The position numbers and the translations under genes are program-made. From Sphingomonadaceae bacterium (GTDB lineage Bacteria; Chloroflexota; UBA6077), in contig JBLNDL010000093.1 in the NCBI GenBank assembly GCA_050261575.1, positions 1 through 64,000 of the forward strand: a DNA stretch of 64,000 nucleotides, written 5' to 3'. This document shows, one piece after another, positions 10,088 through 19,460 of the stretch; positions within the stretch are counted from its first letter, which is position 1, and every line of letters begins with the position of its first letter. The notes beneath the pieces are model-generated. The model saw only the letters and a list, made by a program, of their open reading frames with translations. It was not told the origin of the DNA and made no database searches.

Positions 10088-12817
10088 TCAACCCAGGCGG
10101 TCGACGGCGCCGCCTCGCCGGATGTCGGCCTCCGTGGCCAGCCGGGTTTGGGACAACCCAGACTCCGTGATACGATGAGACTCAGCACTCAACACGCGGT
10201 TGGCGATCGCGGCCTGGCCGAGGGCGATGCCGCCGTCGTTGGGCGGGATCTGGTGGTGGATCAGCGCCCTGAAGCCTCGTGCCTCCAGACGCCGGCAGGC
10301 GCGTTCCAGCAGGAACAGGTTCTGGAAGACCCCTCCGCTTAGGACCACGAGGTCGAGTCCGGTTTCCTTTCTGATTTCGTCGCAGGTACCCGCGATCAGG
10401 TCCGCCACCGTGTTGTGGAACCTGGCGGCGATCACGCCGGTGGCCACTCCCCGCCTGAGGTCGTCGACGATCTGCTCGATGGTGGGGCCTGCGTCGATGG
10501 TTAGTGGCATGCCCTCAAGGAGACTCCAACCGTAGTGACCGTCCACGTCCTCCCGAGCGGCCATCTCGAGCTCGATGGCCGCCTGGCCTTCGTAGTTTAC
10601 CACCTGCCTCAGGCCGATGAGGGAGGAGACGGCGTCGAAGAGCCGCCCGACGCTGGACGTGAGAGGCGAGTTGATGCCCCGCTCGATCTGCTTTCGCAGG
10701 ATGACGAGTTCCGATGCGGCCGTGTGACGGAGCGGGGGCAGGTCCTCGGCCAACGCCTCCGTGCCGAAGCGGTCCACCAGGTAGCTCGCCGCCATCCGGT
10801 ACGGGCGCTTGATGGCGGCCTCCCCTCCCGGCAGCGGCAGGTACTTCAGGTGGGCGGCGCGACGATAACCGGCGAAGTCGCACACCAGGAACTCGCCACC
10901 CCACAGCCGCCCGTCGTCGCCAAGCCCGGTGCCGTCGAACGAAACGCCGATCACCGGCTGGTCCACCCCGTTCTCGGCCATGCAGGCGGCGATGTGGGCG
11001 TGGTGATGCTGGACCGGAACCAGGGGAAGTCTGGCTCCCCGTTCGGCTAGATCCCAGGCATAGCGGGTGGAGAGGTACTCCGGATGCAGGTCGTGGGCGA
11101 TCGCCGCTATCTCCAGCCGGAACAGGCGGCGGAAGTGGTCCACAGATCGGGCGAAGGACTCCAGCGTTTCCGCGTTCTCCAGATCGCCGATGTGCTGGCT
11201 GAGGAAAGCGTAGTTGCCCTTGGTGATGCAGAAGGTGCTCTTCAACTCACCGCCGCAGGCGAGGATATCCCTCAACTCGAAGCCGAGGCGGACGGGGAAG
11301 GGGGCGTAGCCTCGTGAACGGCGGATCACCGCCTCCCGACCACGGAACAGCCGGGTCACCGAGTCGTCGCACCGCACCTGGATGTCGCGGTCGTGGAGGA
11401 GGAAGGCGTCGGCCAGGGAGTCGAGCCTCTCCAGCGCCTCCCGATTGCCGACGGCTATGGGCTCCTCGCTGAGGTTGCCGCTGGTCATCACCAGGGCCGG
11501 AGGCGGGTTCTGAGACCCGAGCCCTGCGTCCTGCGTCCCGTGTCCCGGGAGCCGAGCGGCGAGTGGCGAGGACTGAGGACTGAGGACTGAGGACCTAGCC
11601 TCCGGTGTCGAGTGCTGGGTGCTACTCGGCCCTGATCCCTCGAGGCCGAGCTTCTGCAACTCGGGGCTTAGGACGCAGGGCTCAGGGCTGGAGTGCTTTT
11701 CGCCTGCGGCCGATCGCTCCAGCAGCAGGTAGTGGAGCGGGGTGTAGGGAAGCATCACACCCAGGAATCGGTTGTTCGGAGCCACGAGGGCCGAGATGGG
11801 CGAGCCCTCCTTCCGCCGGAGAAGGACGATGGGGCGTTGGGGGGACTCCAGGAGTTGGCGCTCCTCGTCGCTCAGAAGGCAGAAGGTCGCGACGGTATCG
11901 GAGTCCGGCGCCATGATGGCGAAGGGCTTGTCGCTGCGGCGTTTGCGGCGGCGCAGCTCGGCCACGGCATCGTCGTTCGTGGCGTCGCAGGCGAGGTGGA
12001 AGCCTCCCAGGCCCTTCACGGCCACGATCGCTCCCCGGGCGAGGAGCCGTCGAGCCTCCAGGATGGCATCCTCGTTGCCCCCAGGCCGTGGACTTGCGAC
12101 CGGCAGGCCCGCGCCACCCCGGGAGGGGAGGCCGGGGCCCTCACCCCGACCCTCTCCCAGAGGGGGGCTACCACGAACCAACCACAGCCTCGGCCCGCAC
12201 GCGGGGCAGGCGTTCGGCTGAGCGTGGAAGCGACGGTCGGCCGGATCGTGGTACTCCTTCTCGCAGTCCGGGCACATGGGAAAGCAGGCCATGGTGGTCT
12301 TCGGCCGGTCGTAGGGGATGCCGGCCACCACGGTGAAGCGCGGTCCGCAGTTGGTGCAGTTGATGAACGGGTAGCGGTATCGCCGGTCGTGGGGATCGCG
12401 CATCTCCCTGAGGCAATCGTCGCAGACCGCGATGTCCGGAGGTATCAGGGCGAAGTGGCCCTCGGTGTCCTGGCTGGATTCGATGGCGAAGGAAGTGTAG
12501 CCGATGGGCGGGAGGTCGACGCGGTCCACCCGGTCCACCCGCGCCTGCGGGGGGGCTTCCAGGGGGAGGGCGCGAACAAACCGATCCACTAGGTCCGCTT
12601 TGGCCTCGACTTCGATCACCACCCCTTCCGTCGAGTTCAGCACCCAGCCCGCCAGCCCCAGTTGGCCAGCGAGCCGATGGACGAACGGGCGGAAGCCCAC
12701 TCCCTGAACGATGCCGGAGACCACGAGGTGGCAGCGAACCGGCAGGTCGCCTTCGGTGAGAGGCTGTGCCAGCTCGGGTGGCGCGGACCTGGGGGCCGGA
12801 TCGGGGGTCGGGGTCAA
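10088..12817 (-). CDS. hypF: Carbamoyltransferase HypF, with two in-frame repeat-derived insertions
   Basis: GIVQGVGFRPFV acylphosphatase domain, two Zn fingers, KGLGGFHL, QHHHAH, PPNDGGIALGQ; probable TTG start overlapping the hypA stop. Confidence 0.94.
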   Translation of the reverse strand: MTPTPDPAPRSAPPELAQPLTEGDLPVRCHLVVSGIVQGVGFRPFVHRLAGQLGLAGWVLNSTEGVVIEVEAKADLVDRFVRALPLEAPPQARVDRVDRVDLPPIGYTSFAIESSQDTEGHFALIPPDIAVCDDCLREMRDPHDRRYRYPFINCTNCGPRFTVVAGIPYDRPKTTMACFPMCPDCEKEYHDPADRRFHAQPNACPACGPRLWLVRGSPPLGEGRGEGPGLPSRGGAGLPVASPRPGGNEDAILEARRLLARGAIVAVKGLGGFHLACDATNDDAVAELRRRKRRSDKPFAIMAPDSDTVATFCLLSDEERQLLESPQRPIVLLRRKEGSPISALVAPNNRFLGVMLPYTPLHYLLLERSAAGEKHSSPEPCVLSPELQKLGLEGSGPSSTQHSTPEARSSVLSPQSSPLAARLPGHGTQDAGLGSQNPPPALVMTSGNLSEEPIAVGNREALERLDSLADAFLLHDRDIQVRCDDSVTRLFRGREAVIRRSRGYAPFPVRLGFELRDILACGGELKSTFCITKGNYAFLSQHIGDLENAETLESFARSVDHFRRLFRLEIAAIAHDLHPEYLSTRYAWDLAERGARLPLVPVQHHHAHIAACMAENGVDQPVIGVSFDGTGLGDDGRLWGGEFLVCDFAGYRRAAHLKYLPLPGGEAAIKRPYRMAASYLVDRFGTEALAEDLPPLRHTAASELVILRKQIERGINSPLTSSVGRLFDAVSSLIGLRQVVNYEGQAAIELEMAAREDVDGHYGWSLLEGMPLTIDAGPTIEQIVDDLRRGVATGVIAARFHNTVADLIAGTCDEIRKETGLDLVVLSGGVFQNLFLLERACRRLEARGFRALIHHQIPPNDGGIALGQAAIANRVLSAESHRITESGLSQTRLATEADIRRGGAVDRLG

Positions 12818-13155
12818 CGCTCCACCTCGAGGCTGTCCACCTGCAGTTCGCGGCCCTGGGTGATCTTTCCCGTTCGCCCGCAGGAGGGGCAGGTGAGGTC
12901 GTAATCCTTCACCACGAAGGAGAGGCCGCACTTGGTGCAGGTAGCCCCGACGGGCACGGGGATGACCTCCAGCCTCGCCCCTTCGGCCATGGTCCCCGGG
13001 GTGAGGGCATCGAGGTAGAACTGCACGGACTCTGGGACGATGTCCGTGAGGGCACCCACCTTCAGGCGGATCACCTTGATCTGGGATGCCTGGCTCCGTT
13101 GGGCCTCGTCGATGGCTATCTGGAGGATGCTCTGCGTGATGGATAGTTCGTGCAT
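12814..13155 (-). CDS. hypA: Hydrogenase nickel metallochaperone HypA
   Basis: MHELSI N-terminus, two CxxC motifs, GRELQV. Confidence 0.95.
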   Translation of the reverse strand: MHELSITQSILQIAIDEAQRSQASQIKVIRLKVGALTDIVPESVQFYLDALTPGTMAEGARLEVIPVPVGATCTKCGLSFVVKDYDLTCPSCGRTGKITQGRELQVDSLEVER

Positions 13156-13293
13156 GGCCCCACAAACGAGCACAGCCGGGCCTACAGGCCCGGCCGGCCA
13201 TCTTGTTCTCGCCGGTCCCGGTCCCAGTTTACCATAACGTGGGACTTGGGAGGGTGCCGCACTTCCGGAGGGCGGCGGGGTGGCGATCCAGCC

Positions 13294-13935
13294 CTACTTG
13301 CTTCGGTCCTTCATCTTCAGGTGCCCCTCGAAGAAGGCCCCCTCCTGGATGATCAGGACGCCTGCCGTCAGCTCGCCGGTCACTCTGCCGGTGGCCAGGA
13401 TCTCCAGCCTGCCCTCGCAAACGATGGAGCCCTCCAGTTGGCCGGCGACCACGGCGTTGGCCGCCTGGACGTTGGCGTTGACCTTGGCACTCTCCTCGAT
13501 GAACACCGACTTGCTGCAGACGATGTCTCCCTGGGCGGAGCCCTTGATGCGCAGGTTCGACTCGCACTTCAGGTTGCCATCTATGACCGTCTGGCTGCCG
13601 ATGATCGTGTCCGACTCGTCGGCCTCCTGGGATATCGTCGGAGCGTGAGGTCGAGAGTAGACGGGCTGGGCGGCGGAGATGGATCTCACCGGAGCCGCGG
13701 CGGGCGGGACCGCAGGCGTGGGGATCTCTCGGGTAGCGCCATCTCGAACCGCTCCCTCGCGAGGCGCGCTCTCCCGGACCGCCGCTTCACGGGAGGCCGG
13801 CTCGCGGACCGCCTCTGCGGGCTCGCTCTTGGCGATTACCCCTTCCTCTACCTCTTCGTCAGTGCCAGTTCTAGACTGGCCGGAAAGCGCTCTCGAAAAG
13901 CGGGACCACTCGGAATCTTCCGTCTTTTTGAACAC
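13294..13935 (-). CDS. Bactofilin (polymer-forming cytoskeletal protein) with low-complexity N-terminus
   Basis: C-terminal TIIG..TVIDGNL...IEESAKVNANV...IQEGAFFEG beta-helix pattern; GGAGGT RBS before GTG 13935. Confidence 0.85.
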   Translation of the reverse strand: MFKKTEDSEWSRFSRALSGQSRTGTDEEVEEGVIAKSEPAEAVREPASREAAVRESAPREGAVRDGATREIPTPAVPPAAAPVRSISAAQPVYSRPHAPTISQEADESDTIIGSQTVIDGNLKCESNLRIKGSAQGDIVCSKSVFIEESAKVNANVQAANAVVAGQLEGSIVCEGRLEILATGRVTGELTAGVLIIQEGAFFEGHLKMKDRSK

Positions 13936-14147
13936 GCTGGCACCTCCCACGCCATGTGTAACTTCACTGCACTAGTTTTCGATCGGAAAGGCCCACCGGA
14001 CTCGACGAAGCGCTTGGATCGGTGGCGAGCACCCCCCCGATGCGCAAGCCTGCCTCGACAAGCTGATCCGATAGTGGCCAAGAGAGATCGGCGGGGGCGC
14101 ACACGGGTCTGACCCCACCAGGCCGTCAATACCACGCTGATGGACTG

Positions 14148-14221
14148 CTAAGCAGGTATCTCCAGACAGAGTACACGTTTCCCGTCAGAGACGTTGACAC
14201 GAACAAGAGATGCCTGCTTAG
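14148..14221 (+). mobile_element. 74-bp MITE-like inverted-repeat element, copy 1
   Basis: CTAAGCAGGTATCTC-44 nt-GAGATGCCTGCTTAG; core GAGTACACGTTTCCCG...GTTGACA. Confidence 0.8.
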
Positions 14222-14359
14222 CCGCAGTTGAACTCTTGGGGACACAGAATGAACGGCATACACCTGCCGCGGTACCCCGATTGGAGCCCATGGGCAGGGG
14301 GTTCACGGCTCGCCGTAGTATACCCCGATGGATTGCAGTGTGCAATCCGAATCCCTATC

Positions 14360-15466
14360 CTAACGGGCTCCCAGTCCCCGCTGCTCCATCCACTCCCGGA
14401 CCCGACCGAGGAGCACCGTTTCTCGGGAGCGCAATTCTGCCACGCTGGGGGCCCCCACCAGGAACATCGCTGTCCGCAGCTCCTCCAGGAAGCCCTCTAC
14501 CCACTCCTCCACCTGCTCGTAACCCTCGATCGCGGGTTTCAACAGCGGCATCGCCACCCCGACGGCCGTGGCCCCCAACGCGATAGCCTTGGCAGCGTCG
14601 ATCCCGGTGCGAACCCCGCCGGTGGCTATCAGCGGCAGTCCCGACGTGGAGCACTCGAGCACCGAGATGGCGGTCGGTATTCCCCAGCCCGCGAGGAGCC
14701 GTCCCATCCCCTCCAATCTGCGGTTGCCTCGCGCGGCGGACCTGTGAGACTCGATCAACGCGAAGCTGGTGCCACCCGCCCCACCGACGTCCAGGGCGGC
14801 CACGCCCAGGTCCCTGAGGAGGAGCGCCTGCTCGCGAGAGATGCCGGCGCCGGTCTCCTTGGCCACGATCGGGACCTCCAGCTCCCGGGCGAGGCGGGCG
14901 ATGGCCTCGGCGCATCCCGCTGCCCGGACATCCCCCTCGGGTTGGACTGCCTCTTGGAGGAAGTTGAGGTGGACGGCCAGCGCGTCCGCGGAGATGCTCC
15001 GCACCGCGTGGCGGGCGTCGGCGGCGGTGTAGGGCGGCTTCCCACCCTGGGGGACCAACTGGGGGGCGCCAACGTTGGCGATCACCAGCGCTTCGGGTGC
15101 CTCCTGGCGGACCACCTCGAAGCCGGAGGCCGCCTCGCGGCTCTCCAGGTAGGCGCGCTGGCTTCCCACCCCTATGGCCAGGCCGAATCGGTGCGCTGCT
15201 CGGGCGAGGTGCCGGTTGATCGTCTCTGCCTCAGGGGTTCCCCCTGTCATGGCGGCGATGACGAGCGGAGCGCGGAGTTGCTTCCCGAGCAGAGAGGTGG
15301 AGAGATCGATCTCCGCCTTGTTCACCTCCGGAAGGCTGCGATGGAGCAGAAAGACCTCCTCCCATCCCGCGGCGAGGCTGGACTCGACCGGCTGACTAGT
15401 GGAAATGGCCAGGTGCTCGGCCTTCCGGGAGGCTGTGAAGTCCCTGTTGTCGCGTTTCTTTGGCAA
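14360..15466 (-). CDS. fni: Type 2 isopentenyl-diphosphate delta-isomerase
   Basis: RKAEHL, AMTGG, GVGSQR, HLNFLQEAVQPEGD, KETGAG, GAGGTSFA. Confidence 0.95.
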   Translation of the reverse strand: MPKKRDNRDFTASRKAEHLAISTSQPVESSLAAGWEEVFLLHRSLPEVNKAEIDLSTSLLGKQLRAPLVIAAMTGGTPEAETINRHLARAAHRFGLAIGVGSQRAYLESREAASGFEVVRQEAPEALVIANVGAPQLVPQGGKPPYTAADARHAVRSISADALAVHLNFLQEAVQPEGDVRAAGCAEAIARLARELEVPIVAKETGAGISREQALLLRDLGVAALDVGGAGGTSFALIESHRSAARGNRRLEGMGRLLAGWGIPTAISVLECSTSGLPLIATGGVRTGIDAAKAIALGATAVGVAMPLLKPAIEGYEQVEEWVEGFLEELRTAMFLVGAPSVAELRSRETVLLGRVREWMEQRGLGAR

Positions 15467-15634
15467 GTTTCCGCCTCACTGCACGTCTGTGCTCGCCGCC
15501 CGGACGGGCCGGCAGGGCTTGCCGCCCGCGATCGTGGCGTCAAGACCAGAAGGGCTCCGCAGGCTCCTACGACGGCGCTCTCGGCCGGCAGGCCCGTACG
15601 GCTATGACACGGGCGTGGCATCCGGTTGAAGGTG

Positions 15635-17071
15635 CTACGCCTTCGCCGAATCGGCCGTCGGCAGGGTGAAGTGGAAGCTGCTTCCTCGCCCGCGCTCGCT
15701 CTCCGCCCAGATCCGCCCCCCGTGGGCTTCCACCAGTTGCCTTGCCACCGATAGCCCCAGACCCGAGCCACCGCTGCCTCTGGTTCTGGACTTGTCCACT
15801 CGGTAGAAGCGGTCGAATACCCGTGGAAGATCCTCCGGGGGTATTCCGGGGCCGGTATCGGCGACTGTTACCTGGAGGAAAGGTGAGGGGTGCGCGACTC
15901 GCGCGGATATCCGCACCGTGCCGCCCGCGGGGGTGTACCGCAGGGCGTTGCTCAGCAGGTTGCGCACTACCTGGCCCACCCGGTCCGCGTCGGCCGGAAC
16001 CGCCGGCAGATCCTCCGGCAGCTCGGCCTCCAACCGAATCCGCCTGTCTGCCGCCTGGGCTTGAACGCCTGCCAGGATCCCCTGTATCAGCCCGCCCAGA
16101 TCCACCTGCTCCCGATGGAGAGGCAGGTGCCCTGCCTCTGCCAGCGAGAGGTCGCGCAGATCGGTGACCAGCCGGCTCAGCAGGAGCGTCTCCTCCCGTA
16201 GGGATGCCAATCGGTCCGGGGTCGTTGGCACCACTCCGTCGATCATTCCCTCCAGGTTGCCCTGTATGATGGAGAGGGGGGTCTTCAGCTCGTGGGCGAC
16301 GTCGCTCAGGAACTGCTTCCTCTGCGCCTCGTCCCTGGCTAGGGCTGCGGCCATCGTGTTGAATGCCTCGGCCAGAGAAGCCAACTCGTCCCTGGACCGA
16401 AGCTCCACCCTCTGGCCGAAGTCGCCTGCGGCCACTCGACGCGCCGCGAGTGTCAGTTGTTTCAGGGGAGCGGTGATCTCGCGGCTGATCAACGATCCCA
16501 GCGCCAGCGCCACGACGAGCGCGGCGCCGCCCGCGATCCAGAGGGAGCGATTGACCGCCTCCAGGAAGCGGGACTCCGGCGTGCCGGCCTGGCCGGCCAT
16601 TTGCCTCATCATCTCCATCATGGATGGGTAGCCGCCCATGTGGCCCCTCATACCTCCCCAGGGCCTGGCATCGCTCTGCGGCTCCCCCTCCAGATAGAGG
16701 GTGCCGATGCTCTTTCCTCCGAGCACTATCTCCACCGGTGGGGACGGTGCGGGGCTGGGGATCGCCGTACCGGGACGGAGGCGGCCTGCCGAGTCGGCGA
16801 CGACCCGTCCGGAGCCGTCGGCCACCACCAGCCGCTGGCCGGTCCAATGGGCGAGGGTCGCCACCAGTTGGGGCACGCCCTGCCAGCCCCCCGAGGAGTA
16901 GCGGGCTGCGACGTACTCCGCCACCCTCTGCTCTTGGGCAACCCCTCCGCCCTCCAAGTAGTGGCCGAACTCCGCGGCGGTGGACCGGTTGGCGATGACG
17001 CCGACGATCAGCACCCCCACCAGTGCCACCACGGCGAACCCGGCGGCCAGCTTGAAGGTGACGCTACGCAT
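15635..17071 (-). CDS. HAMP-domain sensor histidine kinase (BaeS-like)
   Basis: Two TMs, HAMP, AHELKTPL, NLLSNALRY, GSGLGL. Confidence 0.93.
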   Translation of the reverse strand: MRSVTFKLAAGFAVVALVGVLIVGVIANRSTAAEFGHYLEGGGVAQEQRVAEYVAARYSSGGWQGVPQLVATLAHWTGQRLVVADGSGRVVADSAGRLRPGTAIPSPAPSPPVEIVLGGKSIGTLYLEGEPQSDARPWGGMRGHMGGYPSMMEMMRQMAGQAGTPESRFLEAVNRSLWIAGGAALVVALALGSLISREITAPLKQLTLAARRVAAGDFGQRVELRSRDELASLAEAFNTMAAALARDEAQRKQFLSDVAHELKTPLSIIQGNLEGMIDGVVPTTPDRLASLREETLLLSRLVTDLRDLSLAEAGHLPLHREQVDLGGLIQGILAGVQAQAADRRIRLEAELPEDLPAVPADADRVGQVVRNLLSNALRYTPAGGTVRISARVAHPSPFLQVTVADTGPGIPPEDLPRVFDRFYRVDKSRTRGSGGSGLGLSVARQLVEAHGGRIWAESERGRGSSFHFTLPTADSAKA

Positions 17072-17762
17072 CGGGCAGCTCCGCGAACTTGTAGCCGACC
17101 CCGTACACCGTCAACAGGTAGGTGGGGCGCTGGGGGTCCGGCTCGATCTTCTGCCGCAGGTTCTTCACGTGGGCGTCGATGGTGCGCTCGTAGCCCTCGA
17201 AGGCCTCCCGCTGAACCAGGTCCAGCAGTTGCAGCCGGCTGAAGACGCGGCCGGGGCTGCCCATCAGCACCTCCAGCAGGCGGAACTCCGTGGGGGTTAG
17301 GTCGAGGACCACCTCGCCGCGCCGAACCAGGTGGCGCGCCGGGTCGAGCACCAACTCCCCAGCCCTCAGGGTCTCGGAGGAGTGGGGCCTGGCAGTGCCA
17401 ACCCGCCGCAGCACCGCACGCACGCGGGCGACCACCTCCCGTGGACTGAAGGGCTTGGTGACGTAGTCGTCTGCCCCCAGTTCCAGGCCGATCAGCTTAT
17501 CGGCCTCCTCGTCGCGGGCTGTGAGCATGATGATGGGGACGGCGGATTCCTTCCGGATCTGCCGGCACACCTCCAGGCCGTCTATCACGGGCAGGTTGAG
17601 GTCCAGAACCACCAGCCGAGGGTTCTTTCGGCGGAAGCCCTCCAGAGCCGCTGCCCCGTCGGCTGCCACCATCACCTGGAAGCCCTCCCTCTCCAGATAG
17701 AGCTTCAGCAGCTCCGAGATCTTCGGCTCGTCCTCCACCACCAGGATGGTCTCGCCGGCCAC
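17064..17762 (-). CDS. OmpR-family response regulator
   Basis: Receiver domain (VVEDE, GADDYVTKPFS) plus winged helix (RTIDAHVKNLRQK, TVYGVGY). Confidence 0.95.
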   Translation of the reverse strand: MAGETILVVEDEPKISELLKLYLEREGFQVMVAADGAAALEGFRRKNPRLVVLDLNLPVIDGLEVCRQIRKESAVPIIMLTARDEEADKLIGLELGADDYVTKPFSPREVVARVRAVLRRVGTARPHSSETLRAGELVLDPARHLVRRGEVVLDLTPTEFRLLEVLMGSPGRVFSRLQLLDLVQREAFEGYERTIDAHVKNLRQKIEPDPQRPTYLLTVYGVGYKFAELPDA

Positions 17763-17803
17763 GTCTACCTCCCGACAGGCACGATTGGGCTCACACGAGA
17801 CAG

Positions 17804-17838
17804 ATTATACCAACGGGGCGTGAAGAAGCTGTGAAGAA
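17804..17838 (-). promoter_or_regulatory. Promoter with tandem direct repeat, probable autoregulatory OmpR-type box
   Basis: Minus strand TTCTTCAC-AGC-TTCTTCAC (11-bp period) just upstream of TATAAT at 17804-17809. Confidence 0.6.
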
Positions 17839-17919
17839 CGGTGCCCTTCCTCCGACGAGGGAAGTGGGGACGCGGGTCCCGTCCGCCTCGATGGGGAGAA
17901 AGAAGGGGTGGCGATACGG

Positions 17920-19086
17920 TCAGTAGTCCAGCCGCGTCCCCGGGGGGACGATCTGCACCCAGATCTTGCCGGGATTGAACAGCAGGGGTTTGCCCTCCGA
18001 GTCGTACCACCTAGTAACGCTGCCCAGGGAGGGCTTGTGCCATCGACCTTCGGTCAGCACGCCGTCTCTGAAGAAGAGCGCCTTGCCCTGGCCCACCTGC
18101 GCCATGTCCAGCCTGCCTTCGCCGTCGATCACCCACGCTCCGACGAACTGGACCACGAGATTCCGCGGCGCCACCTGCTCGTCGGTCTCCTGATCCCGGT
18201 GGGGGAGTCCATCCATGTAGCGACGGTAGAGCTTGCTTTCCGGGGCGTAGGCGTACTTCGCCGAGTAGTCGGTGGCGTAGCCGATGGTGAGCTCCCTGGC
18301 CTCGGGTCCCTCGATGGGACTGGAATCGGTCCGGAACGCGAAGCCCGCCCAGGGGTCGGGGGTGGGCTTCCGGACCTTCTCCAGGGTGGGTCGCAGCAGG
18401 TCGGTGCTGGTGTAGGCGTTGTGGGGAGCGTATCGGGTCTTGGCCCGCCAGAAGCCAGGATCCCCATAGGTCTCGTCCAGGTTGACCACTCCGGTGGCGT
18501 CGAGTGCAGCGTAACCCTGGGGGCTTGAGCCGATGTGGACGAAGGTGGCGTCGTGCTCGGCCGCCAGGTAGGCGAAGTAGTGGCGGGCGCTGCGGATGGG
18601 GCCCACGGCCTCCGCCCGGCCGTCGATGTAGATCGCAAGGAATCGGGTGATCCCTCCCTCCACGAGGGCCTCGTACACTATGTCTGCCGCAGCCAGCCCC
18701 GACTGGGGCCGGGCGTCGACGAAGTTCTCCACCACGACGGCCAGGGGGTGGGCCGGCCCGGGCGTCGGGACCGGGGTGTACGTGGCGCGCGGCGTAAGGG
18801 TAGCGGACGGCGAAATGCCCGTGGACGGCCGGGTGGATTGCGCTGCAGGGGCCGGCGCGGGAGTGCCGAGGCCACCCTCCGTCGCCGTGGGAGACGATGC
18901 AACGTCCTCTCTGCTCAAGCAGGCCGAAGGCCCAAAGGCGGCGATGGCGAGGAGAACGGCCAGCACCACGGCTGCGGCTATCAGCCCGGCGGGTCCGGTC
19001 GATCGGGGGCCCCCGCGGGATCGGTCAGTCGGGGGCGGGTTGATGCACATTGTGGCGCTCCATAGGAGAGGTTGTACCGTCGCCAT
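17920..19086 (-). CDS. DUF3048/YerB-like exported protein (start uncertain)
   Basis: ARPQSGLAAADIVYEALVEGGITRF, GPIRSARHY, APHNAY; signal/TM followed by a Pro/Thr linker. Confidence 0.85.
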   Translation of the reverse strand: MATVQPLLWSATMCINPPPTDRSRGGPRSTGPAGLIAAAVVLAVLLAIAAFGPSACLSREDVASSPTATEGGLGTPAPAPAAQSTRPSTGISPSATLTPRATYTPVPTPGPAHPLAVVVENFVDARPQSGLAAADIVYEALVEGGITRFLAIYIDGRAEAVGPIRSARHYFAYLAAEHDATFVHIGSSPQGYAALDATGVVNLDETYGDPGFWRAKTRYAPHNAYTSTDLLRPTLEKVRKPTPDPWAGFAFRTDSSPIEGPEARELTIGYATDYSAKYAYAPESKLYRRYMDGLPHRDQETDEQVAPRNLVVQFVGAWVIDGEGRLDMAQVGQGKALFFRDGVLTEGRWHKPSLGSVTRWYDSEGKPLLFNPGKIWVQIVPPGTRLDY

Positions 19087-19158
19087 AAGCGGGCATCTCT
19101 AGTTCATGCCAACTCCTCGAACGGGAAACGTGTACTCCATCCAGAGATGCCTGCTCAG
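19085..19158 (-). mobile_element. 74-bp MITE-like element, copy 2
   Basis: Reverse complement CTGAGCAGGCATCTC...GAGTACACGTTTCCCG...GAGTTGGCATGAAC..GAGATGCCCGCTTAT. Confidence 0.8.
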
Positions 19159-19259
19159 GCTTCGCCCGCGGCCCCAGCCGGAACAAGAGCCAGGATCCAT
19201 TATATGGTGCGCTGTCCAGAGGCCTCACGTGGGGGCCTGGCCCAGGAGGCTCCCTGGTC

Positions 19260-19404
19260 GGCGAAGAGTCTCCACGTGGCGATGCGGGCACGTCCGCCAC
19301 GAGGAGACGCTTCGCTGCGCTCAGCGTGACAGATGTAGCGATGCCGGGGCGATGGCCACGCCATGCCTGGCACGACGGCCTGCTCGACTTCGAGCGAGCC
19401 CTGT
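19260..19404. repeat. ~145 bp composite dispersed repeat, copy B
   Basis: Colinear with 2289-2432. Confidence 0.75.
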
Positions 19405-19460
19405 CTCAGATCCGCGCTCGTCTCGACTCCGGTAAGGCCGTGCGGTATCATTCCCCCACT

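Noticed and set aside
10088..13201. 1037-aa HypF with a long N-terminal extension
   Set aside because: The extension overlaps hypA in another frame; the likely start is TTG 12817.
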